This document shows positions 37,505 through 48,100 of a stretch of DNA of 64,000 nucleotides, in pieces. Position 1 is the stretch's first letter. Every line of letters starts with the position of its first letter. Both the position numbers and the translations under genes were made by a program. The notes under the pieces were generated by a model. The model made no database searches, was not told the origin of the DNA, and worked only from the letters and a program-made list of their open reading frames with translations. The stretch is from a virus: IMG/VR virus record IMGVR_UViG_3300027969_000060, positions 44,992-108,991 of that record; one strand, written 5' to 3'.

Positions 37505-39727
37505 ATGGGAATACTTGATTCAGTAACATCAGCTACAACTGCTGTCAGCGGAGCAGTTAATAGTGTAACAAATTTAATAGACACAGGTCCTGCATCTGCG
37601 CTGTCAAGTATAGGAAGCAGTATTAGCGGAGCATTGGGATCAGTTACTGGTTTATTAAACAGCCTTGGCGGTAGTAAGCTACCGTTGCCCAATATATTAT
37701 CAAAATATACTACTTACAACTATATTATAAGTCTAGGAGTATTAACTGAAAAAGATATAAATTTTCCTGATACAAATTATATGGCTGGAAAATCATTCCC
37801 ATTAATTTGTAAAAGTGCAAATGCAGACCCGTACAATCGTGTACAAACTGCGTATGGAAAATTCGACTTCTTTATAGATAATATAATCTTACAACACCAA
37901 ATGGGTTGGGACAAAAATAATAACAGCAATGTTACAAATATAAAATTTGATTTGACCGAACCATTTAGCATGGGTATGTTTTTAATTGCCTGCCAAACAG
38001 CCGCCTATCAATGCGGATGGAAAAACTACAGAGATGCACCTTACGTTATTAAAATTGAGTTTCGAGGAAACAACCCGGGGTCGATGGTTACAGTTCCAAA
38101 TACAACAAGATATATTCCTTTAAAATTAACAAACACCGCAATGACTGTTAGTGAAAAAGGTGCAAAATATGCTTGTAGTGGTATTGCATGGAACGCTAGT
38201 GCGTTTAGTACAAGAACTGCAAATCTTTCAACAGACACCTCAATCAAAGGAGCAACAGTACAAGAAGTTTTGCAAACTGGACCAAAAAGTTTACAATCAG
38301 TATTAAATGCAAGAGAATTAGAGTTAAAAAAAGATGGTACTGTAGAAGAACCTGACGAGTATATTATTTTATTTCCAACAGATCCTGCAAGCTCTGCAAC
38401 TCCTGCAGGCGCCGGCGATAGTGCTGAATCAACAGATTCAGCTACCACATCAACATCAACAACATCAACTGGCGGTAGCGGAAGTTTAGAAGAAAAACTT
38501 GGAGTTTCTAAAAGTAAAATTAATAACACACTAGTACAACCAGACGGCGTATGTAATGCGTTAGGTAAAGCAAGCATGGGATACGGATTAGATAAACAAG
38601 GCGACCCTGCATTTGGCTCAGAGCAAAAAGTATGGGATCCTACCAATAAAGTGTGGATACGGGCAAATGCCAAATCTGCTATAACTGAAGGTGAATTTCG
38701 ATTTGCACAAGACTCAGATATTCCTAATGCTATTAACCAAGTATTATTAAAAAGCGATTATCCAACCCAAGCACTTGATGTAGCACAAGTAAATGCAGAA
38801 GGATTAAGACAGTGGTGGCACATTGATACTCAAATTTATACTAAAGGCGGCTCAGAAAATTTGAATACTGGTACAAAGGCACGATTAATTGTTTATAGGG
38901 TATTGCCTTACGAAGTTAGCGTTGCATCAACTAATCCTCCAAATACAGCCCCACCGGGTGTTGATAATCTTAAAAAGCAATCAGTAAAAGAATATAATTA
39001 CATTTTTACTGGAAAGAATACAGAAGTTTTAAGATTTGATATTAAATTTAATGCGGCGTTTCAATCATCGCTTGCATCTGATAACTTTAAAAGAGGTCAG
39101 GGCGTACAAACTGCAGAAACTGATAGCACATCTACATCTGAAAAAGACACAGACATTGAGTTGCCAAAAGGAAATTTACCTTCTGATAAACTAGGCGTTA
39201 TACCAACTACTAGTAACCGTAAGAAAAATATAACCTCTACAGACGGGCAGGGCGGAGGTGGAGAGGAAAATGAAGTTACTCGTGCTGCCAGGATATTTCA
39301 TGATGCAATAACTAGGGGTAATGATATGTTAAGTTTGAATATGGATATATGGGGAGATCCTTATTATATTGCACAAAGCGGCCAGGGTAATTACACATCT
39401 AAAGCTACATCATTTAAAAATTTAAATTCCGACGGAACAGTAAACTATCAAAACGGTGAAGTATATGTTACTGTTAATTTTAGAACTCCCATTGATATTA
39501 ACCAAGCAACTGGCCTTTATAAATTTTCTAATAACTCAGCACCAGTTGTAGCATTTAGCGGATTATATAGAGTTACAAATGTTACAAGTACTTTCCTAGG
39601 CGGGTCTTTTAAACAGACGTTAAAAGGCCAGCGCATGCCACAACAAGAGAATCCAAATGTTGGCACAAAAGAGCAAACGTATTCTATCAGCAATAAGAAA
39701 CCTTCGCCTCCAGATCCAAATGAATAA
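37505..39727 (+). CDS. Baseplate hub protein (gp27/gpD-like, putative)
   Basis: 740 aa between the gp53-like and gp5-like genes; I.GDPY and SGLYRVT.V.S.F..G.FKQTL motifs. Confidence 0.6.
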   Translation: MGILDSVTSATTAVSGAVNSVTNLIDTGPASALSSIGSSISGALGSVTGLLNSLGGSKLPLPNILSKYTTYNYIISLGVLTEKDINFPDTNYMAGKSFPLICKSANADPYNRVQTAYGKFDFFIDNIILQHQMGWDKNNNSNVTNIKFDLTEPFSMGMFLIACQTAAYQCGWKNYRDAPYVIKIEFRGNNPGSMVTVPNTTRYIPLKLTNTAMTVSEKGAKYACSGIAWNASAFSTRTANLSTDTSIKGATVQEVLQTGPKSLQSVLNARELELKKDGTVEEPDEYIILFPTDPASSATPAGAGDSAESTDSATTSTSTTSTGGSGSLEEKLGVSKSKINNTLVQPDGVCNALGKASMGYGLDKQGDPAFGSEQKVWDPTNKVWIRANAKSAITEGEFRFAQDSDIPNAINQVLLKSDYPTQALDVAQVNAEGLRQWWHIDTQIYTKGGSENLNTGTKARLIVYRVLPYEVSVASTNPPNTAPPGVDNLKKQSVKEYNYIFTGKNTEVLRFDIKFNAAFQSSLASDNFKRGQGVQTAETDSTSTSEKDTDIELPKGNLPSDKLGVIPTTSNRKKNITSTDGQGGGGEENEVTRAARIFHDAITRGNDMLSLNMDIWGDPYYIAQSGQGNYTSKATSFKNLNSDGTVNYQNGEVYVTVNFRTPIDINQATGLYKFSNNSAPVVAFSGLYRVTNVTSTFLGGSFKQTLKGQRMPQQENPNVGTKEQTYSISNKKPSPPDPNE

Positions 39728-39736
39728 AGGCCTTAC

Positions 39737-41176
39737 ATGAGTGATCAAACAAAAAATTCAGAATATGCAGGGTCGGCGAAACCAACCCCAAATGCAGGCC
39801 CGTACCTTGCTAGGGTAATCGGCCACTTAGATGACAAATATATGGGGTCTCTTGAAGTTGAAATATTACGAGATATTAGTCCCGGAGCTACTGCCGAAGG
39901 TAAACCTATTAGGGCAAAAATGTTAACTCCATTTTTTGGAACAACCTTCTCTGGAACCCCACAAACAGAAAATAACACCTATGACGAAACACAAAAGTCG
40001 TACGGCATGTGGTTTGTGCCACCTGATGTAGGTAGCCTAGTTATGGTAATTTATGTAAGGGGAAACTCTGCTGATCCTTACTGGTTTGGATGTATTCCTA
40101 GTGAAGGCATGAATTTTAGCGTTCCTGGTCTTGCGGCAACTGAGTACGTGGTAGAGGGCGGTGGAAGAATACCGGTAGCTGAATTTAATAAAAAAGCAAA
40201 TTCGCAAGTACAAGATGCCACAAAAATTAAAAAACCTCGCCATCGTATTGCTGATGTTTTAGAAACACAAGGATTGTTAAAAGATGATACTAGAGGTATT
40301 ACTACTAGTTCTGCTCGCCGAGAATTTCCTAGCGCAGTATTTGGAATTAGCACTCCTGGCCCAGTAGATAAAAAAGGTCCTAGTGCAAAACAAGGAAAAG
40401 TAGGAGAACAAGCAAACGTTCCTAAAAGTAGGTTAGGCGGAACAACGCTGGTAATGGATGACGGCGATGATAAGTTTATTCGTAAGACATCTGCAGAAAC
40501 TGGACCGCCAGAATATATAGGTAAAGAGTTAGGTAACTCTGGTGGTGATCCTGGAATTCCTCATAACGAATTATTCCGTATCCGTACTAGAACCGGACAT
40601 CAGATTTTACTTCACAATTCAGAAGATTTAATCTACATTGGTAATGCCAAAGGCACTACTTGGATTGAAATGACAAGTAATGGAAAGATTGATATCTATG
40701 CTAAAGACAGTGTAAGTGTCCATACAGAAAATGATATAAATTTTACTGCTGATAGAGATATCAACATGACAGCTAAAGGTAATATTAATTTTAATTCTAC
40801 CGGTTTAACAAACTTGTCATCAACTGGTAATTTTAATATCAACTCAGCAGGCGCGGCAAATATAACAGCCGCAGGTGCAAGCAACATTAATGCCGGCACT
40901 CACACTGAAACCGCTGGTACTATTAATATGAATGGCCCGGTTGCCGCCAAAGCAGTTAAGGCTCCTAAAGCAGTTCGAATACCGACTGCAGAACCATGGA
41001 AGGGACACGAAAACTTAGATCCGGCGCTATTTACGCCAGCAAAAACAAAAGCAGTTGTTCCAGCAGCCGGCGCAAATCCAGTAGAGGCAAAAATTCCAAC
41101 TCCTGAAAAATTTGGAAAGTATACAACTGAAACAGATACCTTTGCTAATGTAAAAGGCCCAGAACCACAGGAATAA
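39737..41176 (+). CDS. gp5: Central spike protein (gp5/VgrG-like OB-fold plus beta-helix), without a lysozyme domain
   Basis: SYGMWFVPPDVGS.V.V OB-fold, RIRTRTGHQI, repeated I/N-x-x-A beta-helix. Confidence 0.75.
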   Translation: MSDQTKNSEYAGSAKPTPNAGPYLARVIGHLDDKYMGSLEVEILRDISPGATAEGKPIRAKMLTPFFGTTFSGTPQTENNTYDETQKSYGMWFVPPDVGSLVMVIYVRGNSADPYWFGCIPSEGMNFSVPGLAATEYVVEGGGRIPVAEFNKKANSQVQDATKIKKPRHRIADVLETQGLLKDDTRGITTSSARREFPSAVFGISTPGPVDKKGPSAKQGKVGEQANVPKSRLGGTTLVMDDGDDKFIRKTSAETGPPEYIGKELGNSGGDPGIPHNELFRIRTRTGHQILLHNSEDLIYIGNAKGTTWIEMTSNGKIDIYAKDSVSVHTENDINFTADRDINMTAKGNINFNSTGLTNLSSTGNFNINSAGAANITAAGASNINAGTHTETAGTINMNGPVAAKAVKAPKAVRIPTAEPWKGHENLDPALFTPAKTKAVVPAAGANPVEAKIPTPEKFGKYTTETDTFANVKGPEPQE

Positions 41177-41180
41177 CACT

Positions 41181-41621
41181 ATGTCAAATTCATCATTATA
41201 TAACAAAATTGTATTACCAGCCGCTAATAGAAACGAGGACATTACTTCGCAGATGTATAGAGGTTTCAGTACTATCAGCGCCGACGCCGAAAACTTTAGT
41301 CTTTATGATCTTAGTTTGATCAAACAAGATTTATTGAACCATTTTCATGTGCGCCAAACTGAACGGTTAATGAATCCTGAATTTGGCACTATTATTTGGG
41401 ACTTATTGTTTGAGCCACTAACAGAAGAATTGAAAATGTTGATAACTGAAAATGTTAATGATATTATCAACTATGACCCACGAATTAGGGCAGAACAAGT
41501 GACAGTAACGGCATACGAAAGCGGCATTCAAATTGAGTGTTTACTAACCTACTTACCTTATAATATTAGTCAAGCAATGCAACTACGCTTCGACCAAGCA
41601 AATGGTTTATTAGCACTATAA
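41181..41621 (+). CDS. gp25: Baseplate wedge subunit (gp25-like)
   Basis: IKQDLLNH...ERLMNPEFG..IWDLLFEP...YDPRI motif. Confidence 0.9.
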   Translation: MSNSSLYNKIVLPAANRNEDITSQMYRGFSTISADAENFSLYDLSLIKQDLLNHFHVRQTERLMNPEFGTIIWDLLFEPLTEELKMLITENVNDIINYDPRIRAEQVTVTAYESGIQIECLLTYLPYNISQAMQLRFDQANGLLAL

Positions 41622-41642
41622 TGTATGCACATAATTTTATTC

Positions 41643-41650
41643 GATAAATA
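41643..41650 (+). promoter_or_regulatory. Late promoter (GATAAATA)
   Basis: Upstream of the gp6-like gene. Confidence 0.65.
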
Positions 41651-41668
41651 TTAATATTAGGATACCCC

Positions 41669-44600
41669 ATGAGCGCAACTGATAGACAAAACAGATTACT
41701 TGTAGCAGAAGATTGGAAAAAAGTCTACCAATCATTCCGTAACGCAGATTTCCAAAGCTATGATTTTGAAAATTTGCGTCGCACTATGATCGATTATATC
41801 CGTCAGAATTATCCTGAAGACTATAACGATTATATTGAATCTAGCGAATATCTTGCGCTTATTGATTTAATTGCGTTCCTTGGGCAAAGTATTGCCTTCC
41901 GTGTAGACTTAAATGCTCGTGAAAATTTCTTAGAATTAGCAGAACGCCGCGAATCAGTATTGCGTTTAGCAAGGATGCTTAGTTATAATGCAAAGCGTAA
42001 TATTCCAGCTCAGGGATTGTTAAAGTTTGCTACTGTTCAAACATCACAAAACGTGATTGATAGCAACGGTCGTAATTTATCTAATCAAGTAATTACATGG
42101 AATGACCCAAGTAATGATAATTGGTACGATCAGTTTATTAAAGTAATGAACTCTGCATTTATACAAACTCAACAGTTTGGTAATCCTGCTGACAAAGCAA
42201 CTATCTATAATATTCCCACAGAACAATACAGATTTAATGGATCAAACACTGATGTTCCAGTGTATAGTTTTACAAAAACTGTATCGGGTCGATCAATGAA
42301 TTTTGAAATCACTAGCACTACGTTTGCTGGAGAAAATTATATCTACGAAGAAGCTCCAAAGATCGGTAATCGTTTAGCATGTGTTTATAAAGATGACGGC
42401 CGCGGCCCCGGCAGTCGATCATCTGGATTCTTTTTAAATTTCACACAAGGTACATTAAACACTGGATCGTTTACTGTTAACCAACCAAACTCTAACGAGT
42501 CGATTGATATTGAGTCAACTAATATTAATAATAATGATGTTTGGTTATATCGACTAGACCAGAATGGCCTTGAAGCAGAAAAATGGACTAAAGTTCCTGA
42601 CTTTGAAGGAAATAATGTCATCTACAATAGTGTTAATAAAAATATTAGAAATATTTATGGTGTAGTTACACGAGCCGGCGATGCAGTTAGTTTAGCGTTC
42701 AGTGACGGGACATTCGGCAACAAACCATTAGGCACATTTAGAGTATACTATAGAATTAGTAACGGATTGTCATATACTGTTAATGTTCCGGATATACGTA
42801 GCGTCTCTATATCAATTCCCTATTACAGCGCATCTAATCAATTAGAAACATTGACAGTTTCTTTAGCGTTGGCATCAAGTGTTGCTAATGCAGATGTATC
42901 TGAACCCAGCGACAGTATTAAAGCCAATGCACCCGCAACATATTATACACAAAATCGTATGATTACAGGCGAAGATTATAATATTAGTCCGTTATCTGCA
43001 ACAACTCAAGTAGCAAAAATTAAATCAGTTAACAGAACAAGTAGTGGTATTAGTCGATACTTTGATCTTGTTGATCCAACAGGCAAATACAGTTCAACAA
43101 ATTTGTTTGCCGATGACGGAGTAGTTTATAAAGAAGAATTTAATAGTCAAACTAGATTCTCATACGCTAATAAAACAGACATTGAAGGTATTATATACAA
43201 CACAGTATTTGATATTTTAGATAGTGCAAATTTAAGAAACTTTTATTATTCAAAGTTCATGGTGTATATTACATCTAGTCTTAATATTATTTGGAATAAA
43301 ATTACAACTGATACCGGAATGTCCACAGGCCATATCGGAGATGCTAATGACGGCACAATTTATAAAGTTGGATCTTACACTTCAACAGATTTAAAATACT
43401 TAATGCCCGGTGCATTGGTAAAATTCATAGCACCGACTGGATATTATTTTGATACAACAAACAATAATGCATTAGTTACAATAACTATTCCGGCAGCGCC
43501 TGAAACAAGTTCTTATATATGGGCTGAAGTAATATCTGTTGCCGACGACGGTACAGCCGCAGGTAAGGGAGTGCTTACTAGTGGGTTTGGGCCAGTTAAA
43601 TTAAATAGGATAGTTCCGTCAACATCAGTAATAACACAAATTATACCTAAATGGAGAACAGTTGTTGAAAGTACAACAATTACTTCGATGATTGATTTAA
43701 TATTTGCAAACAAGCCGTTTGGTATTCGATACGATCCAACGCCATCTCCTACTCCAGGCTGGAAGATAGTGTTTGAATCAAATTTAAATATAATTTCAAA
43801 ATTTAGTTTAGGTAAACAAGGCGACATTTCCAACCAGCAACAAGATGCCAGTTGGATGTTATTGTTTACAACAGATAACGAATACTACACTATTACTAGT
43901 AGAGAGCAACGCTACCTATTTGAAAGCGATGCCCAAGTACGATTTTACTTTGACAGCAACAACAAAATTTATGATAGTAGATCTAATTCAGTTGTTAAAG
44001 ATAACATCAATATATTGAGTATTAATACTAAACCTAGAAATACACTTTCTTTTACTAATAATTTAGTATGGGATGTTGTTTCAGAATATATTGGTATAGA
44101 CGGATATGTTGATACTAAAAAATTAATAGTATCGTTTGCTGATAGTGATGATAATAGTGTTGTTGACGATCCAGAATTATTTTTAAATATTGTTGATCCA
44201 CCTTCTGTGGCAGAAACAGACCTAACTATTTTAAAAAGAACATATATTTTACAACAGAAATATCTAATTAGCCAAGGGCAAGAAGATTACAAGTATGTTA
44301 ATAATTCTAATGATAAAGTTAAAATACTACCTACTGAAAATGATGCATATACATTTACTGGCGGGTTAACATACTGGGCTGATAGCCAGTATTTTTATTT
44401 TGTAGATACTGGCGTTGTTAAACAATTAAATTTAACACTTGGAAAATTAATTCCAAGTTTAGATTATAAAGTGTTTGTTGGTAGAGATAATTTAAAATTC
44501 CAATACACCCATAGTGCAGATTATGAATCAAGAGTTGATCCGGGCGCAAGTAATATCATTGACATATATGTTTTAACAAAACGATACGACACACAATTTA

Positions 44601-45178
44601 GGCAGTGGCTATCTGGTGCAATTACTTCTAAGCCACTACCACCGAGCTCGGATGAATTATCAGATATTATTTCTCCTACGTTAGATCCTATTAAATCTAT
44701 CAGCGATGAAATAGTGTATCATCCAGTAAGTTATAAAATTTTATTTGGGCCACTTGCAGATGCAGATGTGAGAGTATCTTTTAAAATTGTAAAAAATTCA
44801 GGACAAGTAATTTCAGATAACGATATTAAGTCAAGAGCAATTACAGCTATTAATCAATTTTTTGCTTTAGAAAATTGGGAGTTTGGCGATACGTTTTATT
44901 TTACAGAATTATCAACCTATGTGGTAAATCAATTAGCCCCATATGTTTCTAATTTTGTTATAGTACCTAGACAGTCTGGTCTTAATTTTGGTAGTTTATT
45001 TGAAATTAAATCAGCAAATGACCAGTTGTTTGTTAACGGAGCATCAGTAAACGATATTGATATTATCACAGGAATTACATCTAGTGCAATCAAATCAGTT
45101 AGCGGAACACTGATTAACTCAACAGCAAGCGGACAACAAACAGTAACAAGCTCAACCTACGGATCAACAAATGGCTGA
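41669..45178 (+). CDS. gp6: Baseplate wedge protein (gp6-like)
   Basis: DFENLR..MIDY, ENFLELA.RRESV..LA..L.Y, FSDG.FG..P, APA.YYTQNRMITGEDY motifs. Confidence 0.9.
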   Translation: MSATDRQNRLLVAEDWKKVYQSFRNADFQSYDFENLRRTMIDYIRQNYPEDYNDYIESSEYLALIDLIAFLGQSIAFRVDLNARENFLELAERRESVLRLARMLSYNAKRNIPAQGLLKFATVQTSQNVIDSNGRNLSNQVITWNDPSNDNWYDQFIKVMNSAFIQTQQFGNPADKATIYNIPTEQYRFNGSNTDVPVYSFTKTVSGRSMNFEITSTTFAGENYIYEEAPKIGNRLACVYKDDGRGPGSRSSGFFLNFTQGTLNTGSFTVNQPNSNESIDIESTNINNNDVWLYRLDQNGLEAEKWTKVPDFEGNNVIYNSVNKNIRNIYGVVTRAGDAVSLAFSDGTFGNKPLGTFRVYYRISNGLSYTVNVPDIRSVSISIPYYSASNQLETLTVSLALASSVANADVSEPSDSIKANAPATYYTQNRMITGEDYNISPLSATTQVAKIKSVNRTSSGISRYFDLVDPTGKYSSTNLFADDGVVYKEEFNSQTRFSYANKTDIEGIIYNTVFDILDSANLRNFYYSKFMVYITSSLNIIWNKITTDTGMSTGHIGDANDGTIYKVGSYTSTDLKYLMPGALVKFIAPTGYYFDTTNNNALVTITIPAAPETSSYIWAEVISVADDGTAAGKGVLTSGFGPVKLNRIVPSTSVITQIIPKWRTVVESTTITSMIDLIFANKPFGIRYDPTPSPTPGWKIVFESNLNIISKFSLGKQGDISNQQQDASWMLLFTTDNEYYTITSREQRYLFESDAQVRFYFDSNNKIYDSRSNSVVKDNINILSINTKPRNTLSFTNNLVWDVVSEYIGIDGYVDTKKLIVSFADSDDNSVVDDPELFLNIVDPPSVAETDLTILKRTYILQQKYLISQGQEDYKYVNNSNDKVKILPTENDAYTFTGGLTYWADSQYFYFVDTGVVKQLNLTLGKLIPSLDYKVFVGRDNLKFQYTHSADYESRVDPGASNIIDIYVLTKRYDTQFRQWLSGAITSKPLPPSSDELSDIISPTLDPIKSISDEIVYHPVSYKILFGPLADADVRVSFKIVKNSGQVISDNDIKSRAITAINQFFALENWEFGDTFYFTELSTYVVNQLAPYVSNFVIVPRQSGLNFGSLFEIKSANDQLFVNGASVNDIDIITGITSSAIKSVSGTLINSTASGQQTVTSSTYGSTNG

Positions 45179-48100
45179 TAGTATTAATCCAAACAATAAA
45201 AATCAATCTGCAAATTTCCTTCCTCGATTTTATAGAACCGATTCGAATAAGAAATTTACGCAAGCTACTGTTGATCAGTTAATACAAAACGGTACAGTTA
45301 AAAAGATTAATGGATTTATTGGTAGACAGAATGCTAAAGCATCTACTGCTGATGATATTTTTATTAATGCAGTAACTCCTAACAGGCAAAATTATCAATT
45401 AGAGCCAGGGTTAGTTGTAAAAGATACATTAGACAATGTAACGTTTTTTAAAGATTATCAAGACTATATTAACCAACTCACTGTTTTTGGTAGTAATACA
45501 AAGAATCACTCAGTTGTAAACGAACAAGAATTTTATTCTTGGGATCCACACATCGACTGGGATAAATTTGTTAACTTTCAAAATTACTACTGGTTACCGT
45601 TTGGTCCTGATGTTATTAACGTTGCAGGACAACAACAGGCCATCACTAGTACATACACAGTAACTCTTGAGTCTGAAGGTGATAGTTATGAATACATATT
45701 CACACCTAATGGAATAACCCGTAATCCAACACTAACATTATTTAAGGGACAAACATATACGTTTGACATTGCAAGCCCCGGAAATCCTTTTAGTATTAAA
45801 ACACAGCGAACCGCCGGCACGTTAGATAGATACCAACCGTACGGAATAACTAATTTTGCAGTCGAGCAAGGCACAATTACTTTTACAATGCCTCATGACG
45901 CTCCGTCTGTTTTATACTATGTTAGCGAAAGCGACATTAATCTAGGTGGAGTTATTCATGTTAAGACAATTGACGAAAACACTAGAATTAATGTAGACAC
46001 TGAAATTTCAGGAAAGAAATCATATACACTTCCTAACGGCACGCCACTTAGTAACGGCATGAAAGTTAAATTTATTGGAAACGTTAGCCCTGAAAAATAT
46101 GCGTCCGGAGAATTTTATGTTGAGGGTGTTGGCGCAGAAATTAATTTAATTAAGGAATCCGATTTAGAATTAATTAGTGCATATACTACATCTGAATCGG
46201 TGTTGTTTGATACAACACCATTTGATAATTTACCGTTTAGTGATGCAACTGCATTTGCTGGAACCCGCGATTATATTATAATTAATAGAGCAAGCCCTGA
46301 CAGAAATCCATGGACACGTTACAATCGTTGGTTCCATAAAGATGTTATAAATGCAAGTTCTACTTATAACAACAAAGTACCAAATTTAGACCAGACTGCT
46401 AGAGCAGTCCGACCTATCATTGAATTTGAAGCAGGATTGAAATTATTTAATTTTGGATTAACTGCAACTATAGATGTTGATTTAATTGATAATTATACTA
46501 CAGATGTGTTTTCTACAATTGAAGGTGCATTTGGTTACAATGTTGACGGCACCCCATTAGTTAACGGCCACCGAATTTTATTTACGGCTGATACTGACGA
46601 GTTTGTAAAAAATAAAATTTACCGTGTTGAGTTTATTGACGTCCAGCGTTTAAATTCTGGTAGTAGACAAATCCATTTGGTTCTAGAAGAAGAACCAATT
46701 GAGTATCAAGTTGCAATTATTAAACAAGGTGTTATTAATCAAGGACAATCGTATTGGTTTAACGGATCAACATGGATTAAAGGACAACAAAAAACTAGTT
46801 TAAATCAAGCCCCTCTCTTTGATATTGTAGATAACAATAAAGTTAGCTACGGAGATACTAGTATATATGAAGGGTCAACATTTGTAGGAACTAAATTATT
46901 TTCTTATAAAGTTGGTTCAGGAACTAGCGATACTAATTTAGGATTTGCACTTTCTTATAAAAATATTAACAATATTGGTGACATTGTTTTTAATTTTAAT
47001 ATACTAACTGACACTTTTCGATACAAACAATTAGTAGATGTTATTACGGTTAATACCGACATTGGATTTTTAACACGTATCTCTCCAGAAACACGTATTA
47101 TAAGTTATACTAACGGATGGAAAAAATCAGAAGTCACTGAATACCAAGCTGGCGTTAGAATTTATAAAAATACATACAAGACAATAAGTGGCAAACAAGT
47201 ACAAATTTTAAATAATTTTGATATTGACACATTTGACAATAAAGATGATTTAGGTGATTTAGTAGTTAAGGTATACATTAACGGTATTCGTTTAGATAAA
47301 GAATTCTGGGATGTTGTTTCCGGCCCTGTTTATAAGAAAGTAGTATTGACTACTAATATTAAGCCAGCAGATGTATTAACAATTAAAACTTTTGCAAGAC
47401 AACCAATTAATCAAAATGGTTATTATGAAGTTCCGTTAAACTTACAAAATAACCCAATGAATAATCAGATAACTGAATTTACATTAGGTGAAGTAATTGA
47501 CCACGTTGGATCAATTGTTGATAATCTAAATAACTTTAACGGTAGTTATCCTGGCGCAGGTAACTTAAGAGACTTAGGTAATACTACTGCTTACGGTACA
47601 AAATTTGTACAACATAGCGGACCTCTAGGCTTATCATTGTATCACATTACAAGCCAAGAAAATAACATTATTAAAGCACTAGATGAATCTAAAGAAGATT
47701 ATAATAAATTTAAAAGAAACTTTATATCAATCATTGATACAATTGGGATACACGATACAAACCCCATAACCCAAGTTAATTTAATTTTAAAAGAAATTAA
47801 CAAAGATGTTCCAAAGACATCGGCTTATTATTTTAGTGATATGGTTGGTTCAGGCGCCAACATATATAATTCTTATACAGTAATTGATTATAGGATAAAA
47901 ACATATCCATTAAGTGCAGTATTTAATTTAGATGAATTATCAAATAAAGCAGTATATGTTTATTTAAATGGTACTCAGATGTTATTTGATAAGGACTATA
48001 CATTTAACGATCAAGGGTATATTGAAATTACAGATGGCGTTAATTTACAAAATGACGATACTATTACTGTTTACGAATATGAAAATACCGACGGATGCTT

